Counted from the first letter of the stretch, positions 47,616-58,428 are shown. The stretch is 64,000 bases of DNA from Pseudomonadota bacterium (GCA_046300175.1 JBKCMS010000065.1:11270-75269), one strand, 5' to 3'. The notes: generated by a model not told the origin, from the letters alone. Program-made: numbers and translations.

Positions 47616-49925
47616 ATGAACGATGCCGGACAACAGAAGTTGCTTGAGCAATCAGCAGAGGACCTTTGGGTAGCCGAATCGCGGCTCGGAGCAGTACTTC
47701 ACGCCGACAGCTATCTAGCCCACGGAGTTGAAGATAGGGACGATCTTATCCTGTGGCTTTCGCGCGATAGTCTCAAAACAGAAGAGCAAGAGATGTTTCT
47801 GGGGCACGCCGAAGGGCTAGTCTCGGTTTGTGAAATTGACGAGATCGAATACGGAGTAGAGTCTCAGGGCCGAGGATTTGTTGTCATACGAAACGGCAGC
47901 ACGCAGGGAGTTCTCGCTGGAGCTCTAAGTCCAATTACTGCACGTAATCGATTTCTCATGTGCTTAGCGATTGTATCTCGCATACACGATTCGGGCGTGG
48001 CCTGCGGAAATATATCTGATAGTAGTTTCTCAGTAGACTCGTTCGCAGTGGTTCGTTTTGTTGGATTGCTGGGGGGCTATCGGGATCCCCAGCCAACCAT
48101 GATCTCGCCTGAGTTATTGCGGTTTATTAAGCCCGGAGATGCTACGCCGGGAGAGCCATCGACAGCAGCAGACGTTTACGCATTAGCGGTTCTGGGGTTA
48201 ATGCTTTTTGGGGTATCGATTCCCTTAGGTGCAGTAGATCCGGCGCGAATTGACGAGTACTTAAAGAGTGTGCCAGCGGGAGCACCATCATGGGTGGTAT
48301 CTGTTTTGGGTGTACTTGTTCGGGAGCCAGAGCGCGGATTCTGTAGCGATGCTAGCGCCGTTATACACGCGATCGCTGGTAGAGATGCTGAATGGTTAGA
48401 GGGTCTAAAGCAGGACGACCCGACGAAACTACAAGGCTCAAGAGATGAAAAGGCGCTAACGCTCTTTGAGATTCAGAAGCTTCTTGGGCTGCAAAAGGGA
48501 TCTGACGGCAGAAATAAAGATATCGCGCGGCAGAAGCGGTTTATTCTCGCCGCTGTTGCAGGATTTATAGCGTGTGTGGCAGGGCTATTATCCATCGATA
48601 AGGCTGGTCAGCTTGGTTACTTACCGCGAGGGAAATGGGGTTTTGAAGCTGCCAATGAAGAAACAGCTATGCCACTCTCGGCTGTGATGCGTAGCTTGGG
48701 TAGGTTGCGTGGAGGAGGAGTACACAGCTTAGGGTCTCACCCCGGAGGTGCTGGAACAGCACTTGAGACACACGCAAAAAAATCTGGCGCGGTCACAGAA
48801 GGTTTACAACAGGGGGGAGTTGAAAGTGGGGAGGCGGTGGGTTCGCTGGCTGAGGTGAATATGGCTCATGATGAGGAGCTCCTGAGCCATATCTCTGAGG
48901 GTTCGGTTGCACCTGATGAACACCCTTTAGTGTTTGAGCTGTACGACAAGCTTAATCAGCAGTCTAAAGCGCTCATAGCAAAAGCGTATGTCAAAAGTGG
49001 CGGTGAATCAGAGAGGCTATTTAAGGATTTTTTACAGAAAAGGTCACAGCGGAGCGCTTTGGTCGGCCAGTCACATCCTAACGAAATCTCGACAGATGCG
49101 TGGTTCCTGGCGAGTGAGTTGCGTCTAACGAGGCAAGTGGCGCAGGAGTGGGGGCGAGCAGGGGCCCTTTCTCCAGATGAGCTTTGGTGGTTAGCGGAGA
49201 TTTTAGCGAAAAAACGTGCACCTCTATTCGGGTATATCGCCCAGGAAATGGTTAAGCGAGGGATAGTGCCGGAACCTCGTGCTATATTCCTTGGCGTAGC
49301 TGCAGAAGCTAACGAGACGAGTGGGGTGCCGTATGAGGTTCTATTTCGGCTCACTAGAGACGAGCCTAATTTAGCAGATGTGGGTGTATTTACGAGTTGG
49401 AGCGGCGCGGAATCAAGTAGGGCTCTGTTCGGTGTGGTGCTATCTTCCTCACAGCCCGAAGTCATTCAAGGAGCTCTTAGCAGTTTAGTCGATAAGCCCG
49501 GCACCAGCGAGCTTGTCCGCTCTGTGCTTGAGTTCCTTAATGCCCGCGAAGATAGCCAGGCTGTGACACTCGCGCCGCTAATTGGTGCATTGGGTTTATT
49601 GGGTACTACAACGGAAGCGGTGCTAGAAAATGGTTTAGAAAATTTGCGAACGTATCCAGATAAAGCCGAAATTCTCACGATTTTGCTCAATAATGGGTCT
49701 ACGGAGCTTGCGCTTGAAGTGTTGCGAGTATTTGGCAGCGAAATTCATCCTGGATCGATTATTCCTTTACTTAGTCGCTCGGAACCAAGAATCAAAAGAG
49801 CCGTTATCCCACTGCTCTCTGATGTGCGCGTTGCCTCGTTGAAGGCAAGTATTAGAGAATACTACGAGGCTGAGTCCGATCCCGAGTTGAGACGCTTGTT
49901 TGAGCAGCACCTCTTTACTCCCTAG
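47616..49925 (+). CDS. Large cytoplasmic protein: predicted N-terminal pseudokinase-like domain plus C-terminal HEAT/PBS-lyase-like repeats
   Basis: FLMCLAIVSRIHDSGVACGNISDSSFSVD...VRFVGLLG aligns with a kinase catalytic loop and DFG region, but the catalytic Asp and Lys are missing. ISPELLR and DVYALAVLGLMLFG are APE-like and subdomain IX-like segments. The C-terminus shows repeated ~30-aa alpha-solenoid units. The whole assignment rests on unaided pattern recognition. Confidence 0.4.
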   Translation: MNDAGQQKLLEQSAEDLWVAESRLGAVLHADSYLAHGVEDRDDLILWLSRDSLKTEEQEMFLGHAEGLVSVCEIDEIEYGVESQGRGFVVIRNGSTQGVLAGALSPITARNRFLMCLAIVSRIHDSGVACGNISDSSFSVDSFAVVRFVGLLGGYRDPQPTMISPELLRFIKPGDATPGEPSTAADVYALAVLGLMLFGVSIPLGAVDPARIDEYLKSVPAGAPSWVVSVLGVLVREPERGFCSDASAVIHAIAGRDAEWLEGLKQDDPTKLQGSRDEKALTLFEIQKLLGLQKGSDGRNKDIARQKRFILAAVAGFIACVAGLLSIDKAGQLGYLPRGKWGFEAANEETAMPLSAVMRSLGRLRGGGVHSLGSHPGGAGTALETHAKKSGAVTEGLQQGGVESGEAVGSLAEVNMAHDEELLSHISEGSVAPDEHPLVFELYDKLNQQSKALIAKAYVKSGGESERLFKDFLQKRSQRSALVGQSHPNEISTDAWFLASELRLTRQVAQEWGRAGALSPDELWWLAEILAKKRAPLFGYIAQEMVKRGIVPEPRAIFLGVAAEANETSGVPYEVLFRLTRDEPNLADVGVFTSWSGAESSRALFGVVLSSSQPEVIQGALSSLVDKPGTSELVRSVLEFLNAREDSQAVTLAPLIGALGLLGTTTEAVLENGLENLRTYPDKAEILTILLNNGSTELALEVLRVFGSEIHPGSIIPLLSRSEPRIKRAVIPLLSDVRVASLKASIREYYEAESDPELRRLFEQHLFTP

Positions 49926-49970
49926 GAAGTGTTTAAAGTCAATTTTCCTCGGGGCTCGCCCGAGACTTAT

Positions 49971-50154
49971 AAACCCAGCCTCATTCATTTTTGAAAAAAA
50001 TGAATGAGAATAGTCCCACGTTTATCAGCAACTAGATAGTCTCTTTCTGGAGCTAGAGTTTTTTGTCTTCTGCGGCGCAACTTGGCTACGCCAAGATTGC
50101 GCTCGCCCTGCAATTGCGAGTGATTTTTTTAAAAAATCACTCGCGCAGGGTTTA
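49971..50154. repeat. REP-like intergenic element (long form) with two internal palindromes
   Basis: The ends aaacccagcctcattcattttt and aaaatcactcgcgcagggttta recur contiguously at 58573-58620. The internal palindrome is ccctgcaattgcgagtgattttttt/aaaaaatcactcgcgcaggg. Confidence 0.6.
49980..50008. terminator. AT-rich hairpin 55 nt downstream of the 47616-49925 gene
   Basis: ctcattcattttt-g-aaaaaaatgaatgag forms a 13-14 bp stem. It is part of the left end of the REP-like element. Confidence 0.35.
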
Positions 50155-50243
50155 TGCAGAAGTCTTTGCCAGTGAAACCGGCAAGGCTTTTGCTGTAGTT
50201 CACTATAGGGTATTGTTTCAATGCGCCTCAGTGAATAGGTATA

Positions 50244-50422
50244 ATCCTAAAAACGGCAGTTGCGGGTCCCAAAACGGCGCATCCGGCTAAAATCACTGCG
50301 GCTTTTGAATTTCCGGTGCTCACCCTGACGGTGCCAGGGTTCCGCGCCGAAAATATCAAGATCCTTTGTGCTTTTAACCAGCTGCACCATTTTGGTCCAC
50401 CTTACCTGCCGTTTTTAGGATA
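50244..50422. ncRNA. Candidate structured RNA: ~180-nt long imperfect hairpin (6S-RNA-like architecture)
   Basis: The termini pair perfectly: atcctaaaaacggcag (50244-50259) with ctgccgtttttaggat (50407-50422). The extended arms pair imperfectly: gggtcccaaaacggcgcatccggctaaaatcac against the reverse complement gtggaccaaaatggtgcagctggttaaaagcac. The element lies in a 560-bp non-coding gap. Confidence 0.3.
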
Positions 50423-50482
50423 ATTTTCCAAAAGAATGGGTTTGCTACGAACTCCGAAAAAACGCTTTATTAGCTTCAAAAT

Positions 50483-51064
50483 ATGTCTTCTGTGATATTG
50501 AACACTCTGCAGTGGCTTAAAGCCAGAACGCGATTGTGGTCGTTTATGCTGTTAGTGTCTTTAAGCGCATGTTCCTCAGTTTCTCCGGATGCTCTTCTGC
50601 TTGTTGGGCAGCCAGTTCCTGATGGTAGGCTTATGTTGATGCGCGGCGATGATATCGCTCTTAAAAACACTCAGGGGCGGCACAGAGCTATATTGTTTTG
50701 GGCAACGTGGTGTGCGCACTCGCGTAGCGTTATAAGTCAATTTGAGGATTTAGCGCGAACTTATGCGAGTCGTGGTGATACCGATTTTTTTGCTGTTAAT
50801 CTGGATCGAAATGAAGATATAGCCGGTGTAAAGGAGCGAATTGAAGCTCAAGATCTCACTACCGTAACCCACGTATTCTCGGGTAACGATGTTCAGGATG
50901 AGGCATTCCTTGCGCTTAAAGGGGATCACGTCCCGTACTCTGTGTTTGTCGATCGAGATGCGATCGTGAGGTATGTAGGGCTTGGGGTAGGTGGGCTCGA
51001 AGATTTCTTTGAGCAGCGACGAGAAGCAGCAGATAAGAGGGCGCTAGAAGAGTACCCGGGCTAA
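50483..51064 (+). CDS. TlpA/ResA-like thioredoxin-fold lipoprotein (CxxS variant)
   Basis: The lipobox LLVSLSAC is present. LFWATWCAHS is a WCxxS thioredoxin motif. The size is ~190 aa. Confidence 0.65.
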   Translation: MSSVILNTLQWLKARTRLWSFMLLVSLSACSSVSPDALLLVGQPVPDGRLMLMRGDDIALKNTQGRHRAILFWATWCAHSRSVISQFEDLARTYASRGDTDFFAVNLDRNEDIAGVKERIEAQDLTTVTHVFSGNDVQDEAFLALKGDHVPYSVFVDRDAIVRYVGLGVGGLEDFFEQRREAADKRALEEYPG

Positions 51065-51083
51065 GCTTTTGTGATAATCGAAA

Positions 51084-51165
51084 TGCGGGAGGGGGGACTT
51101 GAACCCCCAAACCTTGCGGCACCAGATCCTAAGTCTGGCGTGTCTGCCAATTCCACCACCCCCGC
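51084..51165 (-). tRNA. tRNA-Leu (anticodon TAG), long variable arm, CCA not encoded
   Basis: The minus-strand read is GCGGGGGTGGTGGAATTGGCAGACACGCCAGACTTAGGATCTGGTGCCGCAAGGTTTGGGGGTTCAAGTCCCCCCTCCCGCA. The anticodon loop is CTTAGGA. The T-arm is GGGGGTTCAAGTCCCCC. Confidence 0.8.
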
Positions 51166-51434
51166 GCAGGGTTGCAGGCCCGAATAAGCGCCTGATTCAA
51201 CACGGCGAACCTGGTATAGCTCGCAGCGCTCAAGCCGATCTTAGTTCTCGGAACCGGGAGACAGAAGGATATAGAATCCTGCTCAAGGAAGCAATAAGCA
51301 GAGATTGGCAAAGTATCTTGGTAACAAGCTGATTCTTGGCACAAATCGCTGACCATAGGTTGGCATTTGACCCCATTTGGGCGTATCCTCTTGTCTTCCA
51401 GTGGATTTTGTCCCGGTAGTTGCGGAGTAATAGA

Positions 51435-52745
51435 ATGGATTTTGAGTCGTCAGTACAAGATATAGATGAGGTCACCAAAAAAATCACAGTGGTGGTGGGT
51501 AAAGATCGGGTGTCCAAGGAGTATGAAAGCTCGGTTAAGCAAGTTGGCCGGACAGCGCGCGTTGACGGTTTCCGTCCGGGCAAAGTTCCTCGGCAGATGG
51601 TTGAGCGTCTGCTCGGTGATCGAATTAAGTTTGATATCACCAATAAGTTGATCAACGAAGGGCTTCGTGCGGCATTTGAGACACATAGTCTGAACACAAT
51701 AGGTCAGCCACAGATTGACCTAAAAGAGATGCAGACGCAGAAGGAGCTAGAGTTCACAGCTACTGTGGAGCTCCTACCGGAACCTAAAATTAGTGCTTAC
51801 TTTGATCGCAGCGTTGAGGTTGAAAAGAAAGACGTTGGTGACGCTGATGTGAATCAGGCAATAGAGCAGCTTGCTGAATCCCGTGCGCAGCTAACCCCGA
51901 TTGAGGGCCGAACGGTTGTTGAATCTGGAGATGTGATTGCCTGTTCAGTATCAATAAAAGTTGAGGACGGAGAGTTTTCTCCTGCGGAGCCTTTCGTAGA
52001 TCAAGTGGGCTCAGGGCGACTCTCCAAGCAAGTAGAGCAGCAGCTAGTTGGGCTCGACGTTAAGGCCGGCGAGAAAGAGTTCGAGATAGTCGCTGATGAC
52101 GAGCATCCGATCGAGGGCATGCGCGGAAAGAAGGCTGTTTACAAGGTAGTTCCTCATGGAATCTACTCGAAGCAGCTGCCGACGGTTGACGATGAGTTCG
52201 CAAAGTCTGTCGGCATGGAGGTAGAGAGTGTATCGGCGCTCAAGGAGAAGGTTAGGACCCAGCTTGTTGAGAATGCCGAGACAACAGCGAAGAACGATGC
52301 CCAGGGAGCTTTGTTGGACCTTTTAGTTAAGGAAAACGAATTTAAGGTGCCGGGCACTCTAGTTGACGATGAGATCCGTGAAATGGTAGTGCGAATGGGT
52401 TTTGGCGGTAAGGGCGCGGCTCCAGAAGAGATCGATGTGACCCCTTTTCGTCAATACTTTGAGGAGGCTGCTACTAAGCGTATCCGCACAGCAATTATAG
52501 TTGACCGGATCGGAATGCAGGAAGAGGTCAAAGTCGAGGAAGCCGATACCAAGGCGATGTTGGCCCGGGTTGCAGAGCAGAATGGGGTGAGTGTTGAGGT
52601 TGCCACCAAGGCGCTCCTTGATAAGTCGCGCATTGGAGGTTTTCTCTCGGAAGTACGCAGGACTAAGATTCTCGATATGCTAATGGCCAGGACCCAGGTA
52701 AAGTATCTGTCACAAAAGGAAAAAGGGTCTAGCAAGAAGAAATAA
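51435..52745 (+). CDS. tig: Trigger factor
   Basis: It has the ribosome-binding N-domain (GFRPGKVP), the PPIase and C-terminal arm architecture, and conserved tig-clpP-clpX-lon synteny. The ATG at 51435 is preceded by a GGAG RBS. Confidence 0.85.
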   Translation: MDFESSVQDIDEVTKKITVVVGKDRVSKEYESSVKQVGRTARVDGFRPGKVPRQMVERLLGDRIKFDITNKLINEGLRAAFETHSLNTIGQPQIDLKEMQTQKELEFTATVELLPEPKISAYFDRSVEVEKKDVGDADVNQAIEQLAESRAQLTPIEGRTVVESGDVIACSVSIKVEDGEFSPAEPFVDQVGSGRLSKQVEQQLVGLDVKAGEKEFEIVADDEHPIEGMRGKKAVYKVVPHGIYSKQLPTVDDEFAKSVGMEVESVSALKEKVRTQLVENAETTAKNDAQGALLDLLVKENEFKVPGTLVDDEIREMVVRMGFGGKGAAPEEIDVTPFRQYFEEAATKRIRTAIIVDRIGMQEEVKVEEADTKAMLARVAEQNGVSVEVATKALLDKSRIGGFLSEVRRTKILDMLMARTQVKYLSQKEKGSSKKK

Positions 52746-52760
52746 GAAAGAGGGGTTTTT

Positions 52761-53363
52761 ATGGCATACATCCCATTTGTAATCGAGCAGACTGGACGCG
52801 GTGAGCGGTCGTACGATATTTACTCGCGTCTTCTCAAGGAGCGGATAATCTTCCTGGGAACCGAGGTAAACGATGTAGTAGCGAATCTGATCATAGCTCA
52901 GCTTTTGTTTTTGGAGAGCGAGGATCCAGAGAAGGATATCTTCCTATACATCAACAGCCCTGGAGGTGTGGTGACCTCCGGCATGGCGATCTATGATACT
53001 ATGCAATACATTCGCCCGGATGTGGCGACAGTTTGTGTGGGTCAGGCGGCTAGTATGGGTGCGGTTCTGCTCGCAGGCGGAGCTAAGGGCAAGCGCTCAG
53101 CACTGCCACACTCCCGTATTATGATCCACCAGCCTTTGGGTGGCTTTAGCGGACAAGCATCTGACGTTGAGATTCATGCGCGGGAGATGCTCAGGGTTAA
53201 GGCAGAGCTGAACCACATCCTTGCGTTTCATACTGGTAAGCCTCTGAAGCAAGTTGAGGTGGACAGTGACCGTGACTTCTTTATGACCTCTGGTCAGGCC
53301 AAAGAATACGGGTTAATAGACGATGTATTCGAGCGTCGGGCAGGGGCAGAGAAGAAGGAGTAG
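52761..53363 (+). CDS. clpP: ATP-dependent Clp protease proteolytic subunit
   Basis: The catalytic-triad context is [19 protein letters not shown], and a conserved Asp in [17 protein letters not shown]. Confidence 0.95.
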   Translation: MAYIPFVIEQTGRGERSYDIYSRLLKERIIFLGTEVNDVVANLIIAQLLFLESEDPEKDIFLYINSPGGVVTSGMAIYDTMQYIRPDVATVCVGQAASMGAVLLAGGAKGKRSALPHSRIMIHQPLGGFSGQASDVEIHAREMLRVKAELNHILAFHTGKPLKQVEVDSDRDFFMTSGQAKEYGLIDDVFERRAGAEKKE

Positions 53364-53647
53364 GGCTTTTTGCGCCCATATAGTCCTGATTTTGGGCGGC
53401 TCCAAAGAGTGCCACGAACCACGCCCGGGCTTAGGCAAGATGGGGTTGTAATTGCCTGGAATATTAGGACTGGGCTCAGAATTCAGTCTTCGTTGCGTAG
53501 CGCGGCCACTTGAGGGATAAATAGTAGTAGCTCCAAAGTCGCTGGCGAAGGATCGCAGCTGCCTAGGTGCAAGGTGCGGCCAAGGTACAACCAAGGCGCG
53601 GCAGCGGAAGCGTGGCGAGTAGTTGGAATCGAACAAGGAGAGATAAA

Positions 53648-54916
53648 GTGAGCAAATCCGGCGATAAGAACAGAAACACCCTTATTTGTTCATTTTGCAA
53701 CCGTTCTCAGGAAGAAGTACGTAAGTTAATTGCCGGTCCATCTGTATATATCTGTGATGAGTGCATAGAGCTTTGCAATGAGATTATCCGTGAGGAGGTG
53801 GACACGGACGTAGTGGCGCCAACATCTTCAAAGGTGCCCAAACCAAAGGAGATTAAATCGTTTCTTGATCAATACGTAGTAGGGCAGGACTTTGCAAAAA
53901 AAGCTCTCTCTGTAGCAGTACATAACCACTACAAGAGGCTAGAGGCAAAGACCATCGGCGGTGATGTTGAGCTTTCGAAATCTAATATTCTTTTGATCGG
54001 CCCGACCGGCACAGGAAAGACTCTTCTTGCCCAGACTTTGGCCAGGATACTTCAGGTGCCTTTTACGATCACTGATGCCACTACCTTAACAGAAGCGGGA
54101 TACGTCGGTGAGGATGTAGAGAACATAATCCTCAATCTACTGCAGAATGCTGATTACGACGTAGAAAAGGCGCAGCGGGGAATCGTCTACATAGACGAAA
54201 TAGATAAGATATCGCGCAAGGCCGAAAATCCATCGATTACTCGAGATGTTTCGGGAGAAGGAGTCCAACAAGCGCTGCTCAAGATGCTTGAAGGCACAGT
54301 TGCAAGTGTGCCACCAAAGGGTGGAAGGAAGCATCCTCAGCAGGAGTTCTTGCAGGTCGACACGAGTAATATTCTTTTCATCTGCGGTGGGGCTTTTGTT
54401 GGCCTAGAGGATATTATTCGGCGTCGTGTTGGTGAGAAGAGACTTGGTTTCGGTGCGCATGCAAAGAATGCCAAGGATGTGGAGAAGTCCAAGAAGGATG
54501 AGAAGCGATCGCTGCTTAGCATGGTGCAACCGGAAGATCTGCTAAAGTTTGGATTGATTCCGGAGTTCATTGGTCGATTGCCGATGATAGCCGTGTTGGA
54601 TGATCTCACAGAAGGTGCGCTGGTCAAAATTCTCGTGGAGCCAAAGAACGCGCTGACCAAGCAGTACAAGAAGCTCTTTGATATGGAGAATGTTCAGCTT
54701 AGATTTTCTGAAGGTGCGCTACTAGCGGTTGCTAAACAGGCTATCGAGCGTAAGGCTGGAGCACGAGGACTTAGAGCTATCCTTGAATCAATCATGCTCG
54801 ATGTGATGTACGATGTTCCGTCAGAGCCGGATATTAAAGAGGTTATCGTGTCTGAAGACACGGTATTAAAGGGCGAGAAGCCACTGATTGTATACCAGCA
54901 CGCAGAGTCTGCTTAA
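53648..54916 (+). CDS. clpX: ATP-dependent Clp protease ATP-binding subunit ClpX
   Basis: The zinc-binding N-domain is CSFCNRS...CDEC, Walker A is GPTGTGKT, Walker B is IVYIDEIDK, and GYVGEDVE is present. The start is GTG 53648 with an AAGGAG RBS 7 nt upstream. The ORF-track start at 53567 is too long for ClpX. Confidence 0.95.
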   Translation: MSKSGDKNRNTLICSFCNRSQEEVRKLIAGPSVYICDECIELCNEIIREEVDTDVVAPTSSKVPKPKEIKSFLDQYVVGQDFAKKALSVAVHNHYKRLEAKTIGGDVELSKSNILLIGPTGTGKTLLAQTLARILQVPFTITDATTLTEAGYVGEDVENIILNLLQNADYDVEKAQRGIVYIDEIDKISRKAENPSITRDVSGEGVQQALLKMLEGTVASVPPKGGRKHPQQEFLQVDTSNILFICGGAFVGLEDIIRRRVGEKRLGFGAHAKNAKDVEKSKKDEKRSLLSMVQPEDLLKFGLIPEFIGRLPMIAVLDDLTEGALVKILVEPKNALTKQYKKLFDMENVQLRFSEGALLAVAKQAIERKAGARGLRAILESIMLDVMYDVPSEPDIKEVIVSEDTVLKGEKPLIVYQHAESA

Positions 54917-54949
54917 CCATGTCTGCTTAACCATGTTTGCTTAACCATC
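54908..54949. repeat. 14-bp tandem repeat x3 (tctgcttaaccatg) spanning the clpX stop codon
   Basis: Three direct copies are present. The first contains the TAA stop of clpX. Confidence 0.7.
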
Positions 54950-55124
54950 GCTCCGCAAACGGCGTTTGCCTAATTGAGCTGCCGAATTTCATAAGCTCCA
55001 TGATCCAGATGCTGACTGTCCCCCTGTGTTGGCAATTAGCTTTAGGAGGAGCGTAAAAGCATCCAAAAAGCTTTGGAGATAGGCAGCCGAACAAAGGGCA
55101 GCTTTGGACGATTTACTCGGAATA

Positions 55125-55271
55125 TATAGCGTTCTCCAAAAGTCCGCGAGAAATACCGGCTTTTGGCGAACTCTAGCTATTCACGGACGCGAATCAAAAC
55201 AACAACCTATGGTGATATACGGCAAAAGCCTTGCCAGTTTTACTGGCACAGATTTTTGCACAACATCATAG
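55125..55271. repeat. 147-bp intergenic repeat family, copy 1 (clpX-lon spacer)
   Basis: It is tatagcgttctccaaaag...gcgaatcaaaacaacaacctatggtgatatacggcaaaagccttgcca...caacatcatag. Visual alignment puts it at roughly 80% identity to the copies at 62384 and 63586. Confidence 0.8.
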
Positions 55272-55627
55272 GTAAAGCGGGACATATAGGCGACAAAAAA
55301 ATTCGCTGCGTCTCTCGATCACTAGCTCGATATATCATTGCTGGATTATTGTGGATTTTTTATCCCTCTACTAGCATCATACTAAGACAGATAAACGTCA
55401 GTTGTGGGCTGCACACACTTTTTGGTTTTGATCTAAAGATGTAGTGTGAAGCTGCGCATAGAATGCTACTCTGAGTGTAGTAAATACAAATGGTTAAGCT
55501 TGGCTTGATCGAATTTCTCGCGGAGGTTGCTGCTCAATGACCAGCTCGTTGAGTGAAACCTAAGCAGCGCTGAGATTCGGCCAAAGATGGTTTGGCCCGT
55601 AAGTGTGACAACCTGAGAAACAATAGA

Positions 55628-58087
55628 ATGAAGCCACCGATTACAAATCCCATCCCTCTCCTCCCACTCCGCGAGCTTGTTGTTTTCCCGCAGCAGGTCG
55701 TGCCGCTTTTCGTGGGTCGAGAAAAGAGCGTGCGTGCTATCGAAGAATCTCAGCGTGAAGGGAAGTATATCTTCCTTGCCGCGCAGAAGGATGCTCGAAC
55801 GAGCAACCCCGGCGCAAAAGATATATACACGACCGGAACGCTCGGTGAAGTAGTTCAACTTATTAGATTGGCAGATGGCCCGATCAAAGTTCTAGTCGAG
55901 GGTAAGTGTAGGGCGCGTATTAAGAAATTTGTGCGCGAAGATGACTTCATGCTTGTTGATGTCGAGGAGATCCTTCCTAACCTCGAAGTTTCAACTGAGC
56001 TAAAGGCGCTCATGCGCTCTGTGAATATGACCTTTGAGAACTACGTCAAGCTCGGTAAGAAGGTCAATCCAGAGATGATCATGCAGGTCAACGCGATCGA
56101 GGACCCTTCTAGGTTAGCAGACGCTATCGTAGTGCAGCTTAATATCAAGCTTGAAGACAAGCAGGAGATACTAGAGACGATCGAGCCGCAAGAGCGACTT
56201 GAAAAGATTCTGGGTCACATGAAATCTGAAATAGAGATTCTCCAAGTAGAGAAGCGCATACGCAGCCGCGTTAAGAAGCAGATGGAGAAGACTCAGAAGG
56301 AGTACTATCTAAACGAGCAGATGCGCGCAATCCAGAAAGAGCTGGGAGAGAAGGACGACTTCCGCAATGAGATTCAGGAGCTTGAGGCTAAGTTCAAAGA
56401 CAAAGATATGCCTGAGGATGCTCGCGAAAAGACTGAGAAGGAGATTCGCAAGCTCAAGATGATGTCGCCAATGTCTGCTGAAGCCACAGTGGTGCGTAAT
56501 TACGTAGACTGGATGTTGGCTTTGCCGTGGAATGAGTGCTCTAAAGAGGGTATTGAGATCGACAAGGCTCGTGATGTGCTCGATGAGGATCACTACGGCC
56601 TTGAGAAGGTGAAGGAGCGAATTCTTGAGTACTTGGCGGTACAGAAGCTGGTGGGCAAGATGCGCGGTCCGATTCTGTGCCTTGTTGGTCCTCCAGGAGT
56701 AGGAAAAACATCTCTAGGCAAGTCGATAGCTAAATCTACAGGAAGAGAGTTCGTTCGTGTAGCACTAGGTGGAGTACGAGATGAGGCTGAAATTCGTGGC
56801 CACCGCCGTACTTATATCGGAGCCTTGCCTGGTAAAATCATTCAGTCACTCAAGAAAGCAGGCACGAGTAACCCTGTGTTCCTGCTCGATGAGGTTGATA
56901 AGATGTCGACCGATTTCCGAGGCGATCCATCATCGGCGCTGCTAGAGGTGCTAGATCCTGAGCAGAACGATAGCTTTAACGATCACTACCTGGATTGTGA
57001 CTATGACCTGTCGAAGGTGATGTTTATTACCACAGCGAATTCGTTACACACGATTCCAGGGCCTCTGATGGATCGTATGGAGATCATACGACTATCGGGG
57101 TACACGGAGCTTGAAAAGATAGCGATCTGTAAAAAGTACCTGATAGAGAAACAGTTGCAGGAGAATGGACTAAAGTTGGAGAACGTGAAAGTTGATGATG
57201 GTGTCTACTCGGATATTATCAATCGATATACGCGAGAGGCGGGCGTTCGTAACCTAGAGCGCAACGTTGCCACGCTCTGCCGAAAGGCGGCGATCGAGGT
57301 CGTTGAGAAGGGTCCGGACACGTTGGTTCATATAACTACTGACAATCTCCCCAAGTTCCTCGGTCAGCCTAAGTTCCGCTTTGGAAAATCCGAGGACCTT
57401 GACCAGGTTGGTCTTGCCACGGGTCTGGCGTGGACCGATAAGGGCGGAGAGCTTCTAGTTATTGAGACCACAGTATTGCCGGGCCGCGGCCGCCTGCAAA
57501 TTACTGGTAAGCTCGGTGATGTGATGCAGGAGTCAGCGCGGGCGGCGCTGAGCTATGTTCGTTCGCGAGCAGCAGTGTTCGGCTTGCCTCGATATTTCTA
57601 CGATAAAGTAGATATCCATGTGCACGTGCCAGAGGGAGCTATTCCGAAAGATGGTCCATCGGCAGGTATCACCATGGCCACATCTATTGTATCAGCGTTG
57701 ACCGGTATTCCGATCGACAAGCACATAGCGATGACCGGAGAGATTACTCTTCGAGGGAATGTGCTGCCGATAGGCGGGCTGAAAGAGAAAGCTCTTGCAG
57801 CACATCGCGGTGGCATAAAACGAGTTCTATTCCCGAAAGAGAATGAGAATGACATCGAAGAGATTCCAGCAACAGTTCGTAACGAACTAGAGCTCATTCC
57901 CGTCGCCCATGTAGACGAGGTGCTCTTTGAGGCTTTGCAGTGTCGTAGCGCCCAGGATTTTTCCGCTATGTTGGCAAACAAGAAGGTGCGTGACGAGCTA
58001 CTGTATGCAGATGAGAAGAAGAAAGAGGAGCGTGGTGATGGCGAGGCTCGTGAGGATAAGCAGAGCGCCAGCATCGTAGCGCACTAA
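55628..58087 (+). CDS. lon: Lon protease
   Basis: The N-domain is [12 protein letters not shown], Walker A is GPPGVGKTS, and the catalytic Ser is in [17 protein letters not shown] (S-K dyad). Start chosen at ATG 55628. Confidence 0.95.
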   Translation: MKPPITNPIPLLPLRELVVFPQQVVPLFVGREKSVRAIEESQREGKYIFLAAQKDARTSNPGAKDIYTTGTLGEVVQLIRLADGPIKVLVEGKCRARIKKFVREDDFMLVDVEEILPNLEVSTELKALMRSVNMTFENYVKLGKKVNPEMIMQVNAIEDPSRLADAIVVQLNIKLEDKQEILETIEPQERLEKILGHMKSEIEILQVEKRIRSRVKKQMEKTQKEYYLNEQMRAIQKELGEKDDFRNEIQELEAKFKDKDMPEDAREKTEKEIRKLKMMSPMSAEATVVRNYVDWMLALPWNECSKEGIEIDKARDVLDEDHYGLEKVKERILEYLAVQKLVGKMRGPILCLVGPPGVGKTSLGKSIAKSTGREFVRVALGGVRDEAEIRGHRRTYIGALPGKIIQSLKKAGTSNPVFLLDEVDKMSTDFRGDPSSALLEVLDPEQNDSFNDHYLDCDYDLSKVMFITTANSLHTIPGPLMDRMEIIRLSGYTELEKIAICKKYLIEKQLQENGLKLENVKVDDGVYSDIINRYTREAGVRNLERNVATLCRKAAIEVVEKGPDTLVHITTDNLPKFLGQPKFRFGKSEDLDQVGLATGLAWTDKGGELLVIETTVLPGRGRLQITGKLGDVMQESARAALSYVRSRAAVFGLPRYFYDKVDIHVHVPEGAIPKDGPSAGITMATSIVSALTGIPIDKHIAMTGEITLRGNVLPIGGLKEKALAAHRGGIKRVLFPKENENDIEEIPATVRNELELIPVAHVDEVLFEALQCRSAQDFSAMLANKKVRDELLYADEKKKEERGDGEAREDKQSASIVAH

Positions 58088-58428
58088 GTTAAACCGGCTG
58101 GCCTCAGTGCGGCCAGACGTGTTTCCGTTATTAGCACAGCGCAACTAACCCAGATGGATTGGTCCTGCGCTGTGCCAGCTATTCAGCTTTAATGTCAACC
58201 CTTGAGCGCGTGTGGCCGGGCATTGCAGCACGCACATAGCCCCAGGAATCCTAAGGTGTTGGGCCCAGGTCACCGGCGTTTTGCCAAGGGTTGACTTTTA
58301 AACCTAAAATCGATACTTTTTTCTCCCTGCTAGGTGCACATTGAGCGCTCTCAAGCGTTTCTAGCGAGCATTGAGGCAGCAACGACATTCAGCTCCCCGC
58401 GAAGCTGTTTGTTTCCTGGTAATCTTGC

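Noticed and set aside
50063-50290. 75-aa ORF in the tadlocus-to-thioredoxin gap
   Set aside because: It overlaps the REP-like palindromes and the proposed long hairpin. It has no RBS, a low-complexity translation and no homology features, so it is probably spurious.
55163-55444. 93-aa ORF (and the similar 87-aa ORF at 63478-63741) with related peptide sequences (RIKTTTYGDIRQKPCQFYWHRF / RIKATIYSAIRQKTCHFYRPVL)
   Set aside because: The similarity is a by-product of translating the 147-bp nucleotide repeat. The third repeat copy (62384-62530) has no ORF and the reading frame is not preserved across copies, so these are treated as non-coding repeats, not a small-protein family.
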